Origin: a virus | Lineage: Duplodnaviria > Heunggongvirae > Uroviricota > Caudoviricetes | Direction: 5' to 3' (one strand) | IMG/VR virus record: IMGVR_UViG_2713896795_000003 | Span: 1 to 37,123 of that record | Length of the DNA: 37,123 nt | Part shown: piece after piece, positions 1-7,018 of the stretch | How positions within the stretch are numbered: the first letter of the stretch is position 1 | Layout of the letters: every line of letters begins with the position of its first letter | Notes under the pieces: generated by a model | What the model saw: only the letters and a program-made list of their open reading frames with translations | Told to the model about the DNA's origin: nothing | The model's database searches: none | Made by a program: the position numbers and the translations under genes

Positions 1-483
1 TTATTTGATAAGAAGTGAAGGTTTCCCAACCTTGAGTTGAGCGCCTGGGATATTTATTCCTGCTTTTAGTTGGTGCTTGATTGCCAACTTGTCGGCTTTA
101 ATTGTCGTTTCAAACTCAACGTATTCAGGAGGAAGGGCGCTTGAGTCGATGATTTCTACAGTTTCTGACGGTTTGCGGATTGTTACCTGGTGAATACCTG
201 CTCGAATCTTTTTCTTGCCAACCATTTCAAGCGATGACGCTATATATGATTTGATGCTGTCAATCTTATTTTGAATTACTGTGGCTCGCTCATTCAGTGA
301 CTTTGCCTCTTCCTTGAGGCGTTCGGCATAACCAGATTCATTTTTAATGACGGAAAGAAGTTGCTCTATTTTATCGGTAAATTCTCCTTCCATGCCTTCT
401 ATTGTGTCAGCAATCATCTCTGGTTCTAAATCTGAATCCATCAATTTTGCGTATTCATTGGCAATTTCATACAGTTTGCTCAC
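1..483 (-). CDS. Hypothetical recombination-associated protein, possibly Gp157-family
   Basis: Complete minus-strand ORF with TAA at 1-3; GGAGG lies 6 nt before GTG at 483 (the ORF-track TTG at 489 abuts the SD); overlaps recT stop; ~160 aa and position next to recT fit Gp157-type proteins, but family not verified. Confidence 0.5.
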   Translation of the reverse strand: MSKLYEIANEYAKLMDSDLEPEMIADTIEGMEGEFTDKIEQLLSVIKNESGYAERLKEEAKSLNERATVIQNKIDSIKSYIASSLEMVGKKKIRAGIHQVTIRKPSETVEIIDSSALPPEYVEFETTIKADKLAIKHQLKAGINIPGAQLKVGKPSLLIK

Positions 484-1369
484 TGGCAACCTCCAGTTTC
501 GCTTTGCATTCTGCGTAAATGGCTTGTACGTTCTGCTGCAATTTCATTCCAGATGTCAGGCGATATGCTTCTGCAAAATACCTCTTCAAATCATCCATGT
601 TTTCAGCCTGAGCCATTTCATCACAAAGAAGTTGTGCTTTTTCCATTATTTCCTGCTGGCGTTTCCGTTCATCTTCGCGGATATCTTCCTCTGATTTGTG
701 CGGCATAACCGGTTCCTGATGCATACCCTCATCTTCGTTAAGCAGGTGAATGGCATTATCCAGTCGCTGGGCTTTAGGCCAGTATTTGCTGGCGCGTTTA
801 ACTATGGTTTTACGCGCCATCTCTTCCCAGAATGTCTTCCACGGTCCATTCTTTGCCTTGCTCGTTGCTTCCACAGCTTTAATTTCTGCCAGACTCATTT
901 CTTCAGTGAGGTAGTCACCATCTGCTGTTTTAACCGTACAATAACCACCAACAATAGAGCCTCGCTCACCAAATGCGTTGTATTTGTGGGTTGGTGCTGA
1001 ATCAAGGCCGTTTGATTCATAGGTGTCGTTTGAGTACACCAGTTTGCATTGCCCCCACTTAATTGATCCTGTCGACTGTGCAAGGTGAAGTAATCCCATA
1101 TAGCTGATATCAAGGCAAACCATGCCGTCGCGCGGAACTAGATAAGCAAGTTTGCTGGCCGGGTTTAAGGTGATGCCGATCGCCGCAACATTGATGATGG
1201 CGTTCTGTGCGCTGGTTGGATTTGCCAGTGCCGTTTTAGCCAGGTAATCGTTTTTCTGGAAATACTGAATTGCAAACTGGCTTTCCTTAGCCCATGTCAC
1301 CGTCTGTTCAGTCAATGCTCCGCAGAATAACTGCTCCTGCTGTTTAACGAATTCAACGATATTGCTCAT
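467..1369 (-). CDS. recT: RecT/Bet-type single-strand annealing recombinase
   Basis: 300-aa ORF, ATG with GGAGAAG SD; translation recognisable as RecT family; ATGA start/stop overlap with upstream ORF. Confidence 0.8.
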   Translation of the reverse strand: MSNIVEFVKQQEQLFCGALTEQTVTWAKESQFAIQYFQKNDYLAKTALANPTSAQNAIINVAAIGITLNPASKLAYLVPRDGMVCLDISYMGLLHLAQSTGSIKWGQCKLVYSNDTYESNGLDSAPTHKYNAFGERGSIVGGYCTVKTADGDYLTEEMSLAEIKAVEATSKAKNGPWKTFWEEMARKTIVKRASKYWPKAQRLDNAIHLLNEDEGMHQEPVMPHKSEEDIREDERKRQQEIMEKAQLLCDEMAQAENMDDLKRYFAEAYRLTSGMKLQQNVQAIYAECKAKLEVASEQTV

Positions 1370-1677
1370 GCTGCTTCTCCAAAAATGTGTCTGCGCTTGA
1401 ATATTGCGAAGGCATATTCAGCCTTAACTCTTTCGGTTATTGCATCCCAGAACCATTCAGCGGCTTTTTCCTGATAGTTACAGTCATCATCTTCCAGCCA
1501 GTCGATAGCGTCCTTAGTGTGTTCATCTGGTTTATATGAGCGAAGCATTTCGCTTATTGGGTCGCAACGTTTGCAGAGGCGATCAACTTCACTGTTGATT
1601 CGTTCGTAATCTTCATCAGTAAAACTTGCGATTATTTGCGATATTTCACGCTTATCATTCAGAGTCAGAATCATCAT
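1366..1677 (-). CDS. Hypothetical early-left protein (103 aa)
   Basis: ATGATG start with AGGAG SD; stop overlaps recT start (ATGA). Confidence 0.6.
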   Translation of the reverse strand: MMILTLNDKREISQIIASFTDEDYERINSEVDRLCKRCDPISEMLRSYKPDEHTKDAIDWLEDDDCNYQEKAAEWFWDAITERVKAEYAFAIFKRRHIFGEAA

Positions 1678-1762
1678 CTTTCTCCTGTTCTTTGTGCTGA
1701 TTGAGCATTTTGTTCATCTGACGAATGAATTCTTCGTCTGACCAGTTATCTGTAAAACTCAT
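1655..1762 (-). CDS. Small hypothetical ORF (35 aa, acidic C-terminus)
   Basis: Hand-translated; ATG overlaps stop of the cIII-like ORF (ATGA); weak SD; below ORF-track size cutoff. Confidence 0.3.
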   Translation of the reverse strand: MSFTDNWSDEEFIRQMNKMLNQHKEQEKDDDSDSE

Positions 1763-1929
1763 GGACGGCCTTGTTGTTTCAAAATATCCCAAAGCTTTTC
1801 GAGCAAACTTTTCATTCTTGGTTGTTTAAAGTCTGCTCCGGTTAGAATATTTTTTCGTGAATGCTGTACCGATAAAATCGGGTTGAAAGGGCGAACCGAT
1901 GCCGCCCCTGCAATAGCGAACTGTTGCAT
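1759..1929 (-). CDS. cIII: CIII-like small protein (56 aa), putative FtsH inhibitor
   Basis: Hand-translated MQQFAIAGAA...LLEKLWDILKQQGRP resembles lambda CIII (MQYAIAGWPVA...WKRLIDILNQPGVP) from memory; AAGGAG SD 6 nt before ATG. Confidence 0.5.
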   Translation of the reverse strand: MQQFAIAGAASVRPFNPILSVQHSRKNILTGADFKQPRMKSLLEKLWDILKQQGRP

Positions 1930-2012
1930 AGGATGCTCCTTCTGTTTGATTGCATAACGAAAACGCCTCGAGTGAAGCGTTATTGGTATGCGGTAAAGCC
2001 GCGCTTGGCGGC

Positions 2013-2432
2013 TTATTTGAAGATTTCTATGAAATCAAGAACTGATGATATTTCGTGGTTGAACGATTTTCTTTTGTATCTTTCTATCGCAGAATCCACC
2101 TGGTGTTTATAGTCATCGTCGTTTGAGTATTTAACGAAGCATTCTATTGTCTCAGGCGTTACAGCTATGAGGCTCCACCAACCTTCATCAGATTGATATT
2201 CAAACCCCATGCTTTCAAGCCATCCAGCATATTTCCCTCCAGCATCTTGCCAGTGTGTTTTTTCTGCAAGGAAGCTGTTAACCGTCATATGTGCATCAAG
2301 GCATTTATCCAACTGTTTACCATTAAGTAGCCATGCGCTGACAGTTGCACATCCCAAATCAACTGATTGAGTAGAGATATTGAATTGGTCGTAATTATCT
2401 GGATTAACCAGAATATCTGTAATTTCCATCAT
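2013..2432 (-). CDS. Hypothetical protein (139 aa)
   Basis: GGAGGA directly before ATGATG at 2432/2429; the upstream part of the ORF-track frame runs through a terminator hairpin and is unlikely to be coding. Confidence 0.6.
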   Translation of the reverse strand: MMEITDILVNPDNYDQFNISTQSVDLGCATVSAWLLNGKQLDKCLDAHMTVNSFLAEKTHWQDAGGKYAGWLESMGFEYQSDEGWWSLIAVTPETIECFVKYSNDDDYKHQVDSAIERYKRKSFNHEISSVLDFIEIFK

Positions 2433-2441
2433 TCCTCCATC

Positions 2442-2468
2442 AAAAAAAATGCCCTCACACTGGAGGGC
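2442..2468 (-). terminator. Intrinsic terminator inside the leftward early operon (tL-like)
   Basis: Minus-strand hairpin GCCCTCcagtgtGAGGGC followed by ATTTTTTTT, immediately upstream of the 139-aa gene SD. Confidence 0.6.
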
Positions 2469-2572
2469 AAAGAAGATTTCCAATAATCAGAACAAGTCGG
2501 CTCCTGTTTAGTTACGAGCGACATTGCTCCGTGTATTCACTCGTTGGAATGAATACACAGTGCTTATTCGTA

Positions 2573-3043
2573 CTAATAAAACACCCAATTTTCTGTTTCT
2601 TGGTTGTGTCCAAAGTTATATTCAATATCTGGTGTTGATGTATCAATATTCTTCATCCCATCAACAAGAGTTGATACAACAGCCAAATCTTGTTTGATTC
2701 TCATCAAATGGTATTTCTTCCGGCGCAATAAACTTTCAATGGCAAGTTTCTTCGTCGGGAATGCAAAAGATCTTTCTGCATTTTTTGCTACTTTCTTAAT
2801 TGCATATCTATTTCTCCTTTGTTTCCATTCCTGTAACCACAGATTTGGTGCTGGTTTAAAATTAACAATCCAATGCGCAGGAACCAACCATGCATAATGC
2901 TCTGTCTGATGAAAAGCTATATATTGAAGTGCGAATATTTTGATTCCATCTTCTTCAACTGTCGCTTGGAATCTCCAGAAAACAGGCATTCCCTCATGTT
3001 CAGTTTCTGATTCAGGAAAAGGTACGCTCCATGATTTTGTCAT
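2573..3043 (-). CDS. Hypothetical protein (156 aa)
   Basis: ATG at 3043 with GAGGTG SD; no recognisable family. Confidence 0.6.
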   Translation of the reverse strand: MTKSWSVPFPESETEHEGMPVFWRFQATVEEDGIKIFALQYIAFHQTEHYAWLVPAHWIVNFKPAPNLWLQEWKQRRNRYAIKKVAKNAERSFAFPTKKLAIESLLRRKKYHLMRIKQDLAVVSTLVDGMKNIDTSTPDIEYNFGHNQETENWVFY

Positions 3044-3106
3044 ATCTCACCTCAAATAATTCAGTGCAGTGTTTATTCTGTTGTTTATGCCAAAAATAAA
3101 GGACGA

Positions 3107-3730
3107 TTATGCGACCTCGGAAGGAAGTCCAATCATCTTATTCAAATCTTCTACCCGTAAAGCAGGAAGTGCTGTACTTGCTTTATCTGCTTCTTTTGGT
3201 AGCAACTCTTTGCTTTCAGGCCAAACTTCAATAAGTCGCTTAACTGTTGTGACTGAGTTCAAAGCAGCCCATACATTTGATTCGATATCCTTTTTCTTGG
3301 CTTCAAGTTTTTGTTGCAATGCGCAGATTTCATCAAACCTTTTTGTTATTTCGTGTTCTGCGTCAAACATGCATTTATCTTTTTCTGGGGTGGGGAGCAA
3401 TATATCTTCACCGTTGCCGTCTTTTCCGTATGAATGCCAGCCAACCCTTCTTCCAGATACAGTCAGATAAATCGAAGTAGAACGAACATCGCATGAGTAA
3501 AATGAACATCCCATCTTCTCAAGTTCTTCACTTATAGCTGCTAACTTGGATGATAACCGATCCACTTCCTCAGTTTTCTTTTTACCGCCAAACGCAATAA
3601 CTCTGGCGTCAAGTGCAAGCTGGTTCTTTAACTTTGTTACTTCTTCAAGTTCAGTGAAAACCCCAGACTTAATTAAAGCGTTACGAGCGATTTCCTCTTT
3701 CATTCTCGTAGTTAAGCGGATTGATGACAT
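3107..3730 (-). CDS. Hypothetical protein (207 aa)
   Basis: ATG at 3730 (MSSIRLTT...) with GAGGAA SD just after N stop; the longer ORF-track frame overlaps N 3-prime end; no recognisable family. Confidence 0.6.
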   Translation of the reverse strand: MSSIRLTTRMKEEIARNALIKSGVFTELEEVTKLKNQLALDARVIAFGGKKKTEEVDRLSSKLAAISEELEKMGCSFYSCDVRSTSIYLTVSGRRVGWHSYGKDGNGEDILLPTPEKDKCMFDAEHEITKRFDEICALQQKLEAKKKDIESNVWAALNSVTTVKRLIEVWPESKELLPKEADKASTALPALRVEDLNKMIGLPSEVA

Positions 3731-3741
3731 ATTAATTCCTC

Positions 3742-4041
3742 TCAAATAAGTGGTTTGCTGCCTAATTTCATTTTCTGGCGACCAACACAAGTCACCCCCA
3801 TTTCACTGCGTGGCTTGCGGTAGTAAATACGGTTCTGTTTACGCTCGACTTCTTCTGCCTTCTTGCAGCGAAGGCTTCCGAGTGATGCTGCTTTATCTGC
3901 TCTGACGCAACCAGAGAGCTTTAGCGCAATTTTTCGCGCCAGTCGCTGCTCTTGCATTGCCTGTTCACGTTGAGCCTGTCTGCGTGCTCTGCGGCGATTT
4001 CTGGCGTTATCGTCAGCCAGATATGTAATGACTACTGTCAT
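3742..4041 (-). CDS. N: Antitermination protein N-like
   Basis: Arginine-rich motif NARNRRRARRQAQ near N-terminus; C-terminus ...VTCVGRQKMKLGSKPLI resembles lambda N ...ITCSGRQKIKGKSIPLI; GGAGG SD; sits downstream of nutL on the pL transcript. Confidence 0.75.
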   Translation of the reverse strand: MTVVITYLADDNARNRRRARRQAQREQAMQEQRLARKIALKLSGCVRADKAASLGSLRCKKAEEVERKQNRIYYRKPRSEMGVTCVGRQKMKLGSKPLI

Positions 4042-4354
4042 GTTGACCTCCGATGAAACAACTTTGGAAATTTTTTTATTACAAAGTGGTTTCCTTCCCC
4101 GCCAATTAGACGGGGATGGAAGAGCATTTATGAGCCTTCATGGACTCTGCTCGATCAGTTCTATTTAATTAATCTCTCAACTGAATGTAAGTATTCACAT
4201 AAATCCTCCTACCTCTTGTGCAGCTTTCTTGAATATGGTGGCGGCTGCATAACGCCTATGGAATTGACTTTGGCGGTGACGCGCCGGGTGCTTATCTTCC
4301 GGTTGCCGTCGTGCAGCTGCACTTCACGTCACCCCAAAGCCAACTACTCTTTGG

Positions 4355-4397
4355 TTCCCGCATTTCGGCGGGACAATCCCATCAATGTTAAAGAGCC
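4355..4397 (-). promoter_or_regulatory. nutL (boxA GCTCTTTAACA + boxB hairpin)
   Basis: Minus-strand reading gives GGCTCTTTAACA, 12-nt spacer, then hairpin TCCCGC-CGAAAT-GCGGGA; exact inverted copy of the element downstream of cro. Confidence 0.6.
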
Positions 4398-4436
4398 TGC
4401 CAATCTGTTCCGTTTGGCTTCCAGCGTCCTGCTGAT

Positions 4437-4510
4437 GGCTTAAATTTAAGATCTCTTTAATTAATGGTCAAGAGTATTTTTGAAGAAAACTTAAATTTTC
4501 TTTCGTAACT
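4437..4510. promoter_or_regulatory. pL promoter with OL operators
   Basis: Minus-strand -35 TTGACC (4466-4471) and -10 TTAAAT (4444-4449) with 16-nt spacer; 18-bp ATTTAAG-N4-CTTTAAT operator at 4444-4461 and weaker TTAAG-type repeats to 4510. Confidence 0.45.
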
Positions 4511-4533
4511 TAAGTTTGGCTTTGATTTTTAAA

Positions 4534-4562
4534 GGAAATAAAAAAAGGGGCGAATGCCCCTT
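4534..4562 (-). terminator. Intrinsic terminator downstream of repressor gene
   Basis: Minus-strand hairpin GGGGCattcGCCCC followed by TTTTTTTATTT, starting at the cI stop codon. Confidence 0.7.
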
Positions 4563-5211
4563 ATGGAAGGTTTGCTAGTTTTGCATCGACAACTACGCCG
4601 ATGATTTTGCAGTTTCCGTTGATCTCGATCATCGGATATTGTGGGTTAAGTGGTTTTAGAAACTTCCTGCCTGCATCAATAACTAACTTTTTGAAAGTTG
4701 CCTCGTTTTCTCCTTCGAGCTTTGCAACTACCAGTTTCCCGTTACGCGGCTCTACTTCAGGATCGACGAGTATTATCATTCCTTCAGGGATACTGAGACC
4801 GGCTGGAGCCGTCATTGAGTCTCCCTTCACGTCCAACCAAAACGAATCTTCTGAACAGTCTACGGTTGTATCGTACCAGTTATCTATTGCACGCTTATGA
4901 TATGGTTCTACAGCTTCCATCCAGCATCCTGCGCTCACCCAGCTAATCAGAGGGTATGACCCTCTTGGATCATGCCTACTGTGATAGGCAATGTTTGAAA
5001 GACTTTCCTCTCCTTTCATCAGATAGTCAGGGGAACACTTCAACGCATTAGCCAGGGCGAGAAGATTCTCTCCATTTGGCTCTGTCTCAGAGCGTTCCCA
5101 CTGAGATATGGCAACATTAGACACGCCGACCATCTTTCCAAGTGCGGCCTGCCTGATCTTGAGTTCTTTTCTCCGAGCGCGAATGCGCTCTCCCATCAAT
5201 TGAGTTTTCAT
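4561..5211 (-). CDS. c2: CI-type repressor (P22 c2-like; HTH + S24 LexA-like autocleavage domain)
   Basis: 216 aa; N-terminal HTH; C-terminal FWLDVKGDSMTAPAGL...ATFKKL...PLNPQYPMIEINGNCKIIGVV matches lambda CI / P22 C2 from memory; leaderless ATG abutting OR3. Confidence 0.9.
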   Translation of the reverse strand: MKTQLMGERIRARRKELKIRQAALGKMVGVSNVAISQWERSETEPNGENLLALANALKCSPDYLMKGEESLSNIAYHSRHDPRGSYPLISWVSAGCWMEAVEPYHKRAIDNWYDTTVDCSEDSFWLDVKGDSMTAPAGLSIPEGMIILVDPEVEPRNGKLVVAKLEGENEATFKKLVIDAGRKFLKPLNPQYPMIEINGNCKIIGVVVDAKLANLP

Positions 5212-5277
5212 AGTTAAGACATCTTAAATAAACTTGACTTAAGATTCCTTTAGTGGATAATTTAAGTGTTCTTTAAT
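5212..5277. promoter_or_regulatory. OR operators (three 18-bp sites) with pR and pRM
   Basis: Sites AGTTAAGACATCTTAAAT (5212-5229), ACTTAAGATTCCTTTAGT (5237-5254), ATTTAAGTGTTCTTTAAT (5260-5277); pR -35 TTGACT 5234-5239 and -10 ATAATT 5257-5262. Confidence 0.6.
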
Positions 5278-5291
5278 TTCGGAGCGAGTCT

Positions 5292-5477
5292 ATGTACAAG
5301 AAAGATGTTATCGACCACTTCGGAACCCAGCGTGCTGTAGCTAAAGCGTTAGGCATTAGCGACGCAGCAGTCTCTCAGTGGAAGGAAGTCATCCCAGAGA
5401 AAGACGCCTATCGACTGGAAGTCGTTACAGCTGGCGCCCTGAAGTATCAAGAAAGCGCTTACCGCAAAGCGGCATAA
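5292..5477 (+). CDS. cro: Cro repressor (P22-type, 61 aa)
   Basis: MYKKDVIDHFGTQRAVAKALGISDAAVSQWKE... recognised as P22-like Cro from memory; GGAG SD. Confidence 0.85.
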   Translation: MYKKDVIDHFGTQRAVAKALGISDAAVSQWKEVIPEKDAYRLEVVTAGALKYQESAYRKAA

Positions 5478-5483
5478 GCAAAT

Positions 5484-5529
5484 TGCTCTTTAACAGTCAT
5501 GGTCCTCATTCCCGCCGAAATGCGGGAAT
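5484..5529 (+). promoter_or_regulatory. nutR (boxA TGCTCTTTAACA + boxB hairpin)
   Basis: boxA 5484-5495; hairpin ATTCCCGC-cgaaat-GCGGGAAT 5508-5529, 12-nt spacing. Confidence 0.6.
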
Positions 5530-5534
5530 ACAAC

Positions 5535-5570
5535 GCGCATAAGTTGATGCGCATAACTTCTTATTTGTTA
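5535..5570 (+). terminator. Candidate tR1-like terminator
   Basis: Hairpin GCGCAT-aagttg-ATGCGC followed by interrupted T-rich tract; weak. Confidence 0.25.
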
Positions 5571-5610
5571 AGGAAATACTTACATATGGTTCGTGCAAAC
5601 AAACGCAACG
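5565..5610 (-). promoter_or_regulatory. pRE-like CII-activated promoter (TTGC-N6-TTGC)
   Basis: Minus strand TTGCGTTTGTTTGC (plus 5595-5608) overlapping cII start, as in lambda pRE. Confidence 0.45.
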
Positions 5611-5879
5611 AGGCTCTAAGAATCGAGAGTGCGTTGCTTAACAAAATCGCAATGCTTGGAACTGAGAAGACAGCGGAAGCTGTGGGAGTTGATAAGTCGC
5701 AGATCAGCAGGTGGAAGAGGGATTGGATTCCAAAGTTCTCAATGCTGCTTGCTGTTCTTGAATGGGGCGTCGTCGACGACGATATGGCTCGATTGGCACG
5801 ACAAGTTGCTTCGATTCTCACCAATAAAAAACGCCCGGCGGCAACCGAGCGTTCTGAACAAATCCAGATGGAATTCTGA
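5586..5879 (+). CDS. cII: CII transcriptional activator (lambda type, 97 aa)
   Basis: [47 protein letters not shown]... matches lambda CII from memory; the ORF-track start at 5499 is an extension through nutR. Confidence 0.9.
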   Translation: MVRANKRNEALRIESALLNKIAMLGTEKTAEAVGVDKSQISRWKRDWIPKFSMLLAVLEWGVVDDDMARLARQVASILTNKKRPAATERSEQIQMEF

Positions 5880-5900
5880 GGTCATTACTGGATCAATCCA
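5824..5900 (-). ncRNA. oop: oop-like antisense RNA (placed by analogy with lambda)
   Basis: cII 3-prime end and the following ~30 bp resemble the lambda oop/pO region; minus-strand GC-rich hairpin followed by U-run near 5825-5850; coordinates approximate. Confidence 0.4.
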
Positions 5901-5911
5901 CAGGAGTCATT

Positions 5912-6058
5912 ATGACAAAACAACTCAGTCCTTACCAGGACAAAATTCACAAACACATACTACGTGATCGCTTCCTGTCCAGCTTCAAGCAGCCTGGTCG
6001 ATTCCGGGCTGAGTTGGAAAAAGTGAAGCTGATGCAGAAGGAGAAAGGTCATGAGTAA
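5912..6058 (+). CDS. Small hypothetical protein (48 aa)
   Basis: Hand-translated [21 protein letters not shown]...; AGGAG SD 7 nt before ATG; stop overlaps O-like gene start. Confidence 0.45.
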   Translation: MTKQLSPYQDKIHKHILRDRFLSSFKQPGRFRAELEKVKLMQKEKGHE

Positions 6059-6911
6059 TCTTGCAACCGTAACACATTTAAGGCCTTCACAACGGCCTGT
6101 GGAGCGTCGTGTGGCAGAAGTTGAAGATGGTTATACCCGTCTTGCAAATGCCCTGTATGAAGAGCTTATCGGCGCAGATTTAACGAAAAATCAGAGCAAG
6201 GTTGCCCACGCCATATGCCGTAAAACATACGGCTACGGTAAAAAGATGGATCGCATTTCTGATAGTCAGTTAGCTCAAATTACCAGGCTGCCAAGACAGA
6301 AGGTAAACAAGGCCAAGAATGAGCTTATCGCGATGAAGGTTATCCTTCGCGAAGGCCAGCAAATCGGGCCTAACAAGAACATCGAAGAATGGCAAATCGA
6401 AGGGTGTCACTACTCTGGTGATAATGTCACTGCATTGGTGACAAAAAGTGTCACCAAAACGGTGACAGCGCTGTCACCAAAACAGGGACACACAAAAGAA
6501 ACTATTACAAAAGAAAAAAGAAATAATAAAAACACTATGTCCGAAAGTGTTCGGACGGAGTGTGAAAAATCATCTGACCGTCACGAAGAAACCGACAAGG
6601 CATTCGAGGAAATATTCTGGTGTGCAGGCATGCGGAAAGCCGGGAAGAAAAACGCGGCTTCGGCATTCAGAACACAGTTCAGGGAATGGCGTAAAACTAC
6701 CAGGGGTACGGCAAGCGAGTTTGCCACGATGCTGGCAGAAGACATCGCATGCAGGAATGGTAAGCAGTTCGGATTCGACAGGTTGTTACCATCGAGCTAC
6801 CTGAACGGTCAGCGCTGGAACGACGAGAAGCCAGAAACTATTCAACCACAATCCAAACCATCATCCGCAATCACCGTATCGAAAACTGGCTACGTGTTTT
6901 TCGACAGGTGA
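6051..6911 (+). CDS. Replication initiator, lambda O-like N-terminal domain
   Basis: N-terminal [36 protein letters not shown]...[13 protein letters not shown]...[11 protein letters not shown] resembles lambda O; iterons lie inside the gene; C-terminal half unlike lambda O. Confidence 0.8.
   Translation: MSNLATVTHLRPSQRPVERRVAEVEDGYTRLANALYEELIGADLTKNQSKVAHAICRKTYGYGKKMDRISDSQLAQITRLPRQKVNKAKNELIAMKVILREGQQIGPNKNIEEWQIEGCHYSGDNVTALVTKSVTKTVTALSPKQGHTKETITKEKRNNKNTMSESVRTECEKSSDRHEETDKAFEEIFWCAGMRKAGKKNAASAFRTQFREWRKTTRGTASEFATMLAEDIACRNGKQFGFDRLLPSSYLNGQRWNDEKPETIQPQSKPSSAITVSKTGYVFFDR
6405..6535. repeat. Replication origin: four TGTCAC(C)-N5/6-GGTGACA iterons plus AT-rich tract
   Basis: Repeats at 6405-6490 (e.g. 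TGTCACCAAAACGGTGACA) followed by ACAAAAGAAACTATTACAAAAGAAAAAAGAAATAATAAAAACAC, inside the O-like gene as in ori-lambda. Confidence 0.7.
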
Positions 6912-7018
6912 ACCATGAAATCAAAAATCAAATCGCTACTGGTCGCTGGTTATAACCACGGCTGGTTAAGTATTTCGTTTGTCGATTTCTGGTTTAAAAA
7001 TCTCAATCTGAGGGAATC

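Noticed and set aside
347-1113. Plus-strand ORFs of 72-115 aa
   Set aside because: All antisense to recT and the Gp157-like gene; no start context
4216-4443. 75-aa plus-strand ORF between N and pL
   Set aside because: Overlaps nutL and the N leader on the opposite strand; no SD; the region is better explained as leader and regulatory RNA
5499-5585. N-terminal extension of the cII ORF in the ORF track
   Set aside because: The extension starts inside the nutR hairpin; the conserved CII sequence begins at ATG 5586
6405-6490. Short regularly spaced repeats, considered as a possible CRISPR-like array
   Set aside because: Units are inverted-repeat iterons with irregular spacers inside the O-like gene and next to an AT-rich tract, which is the signature of a replication origin
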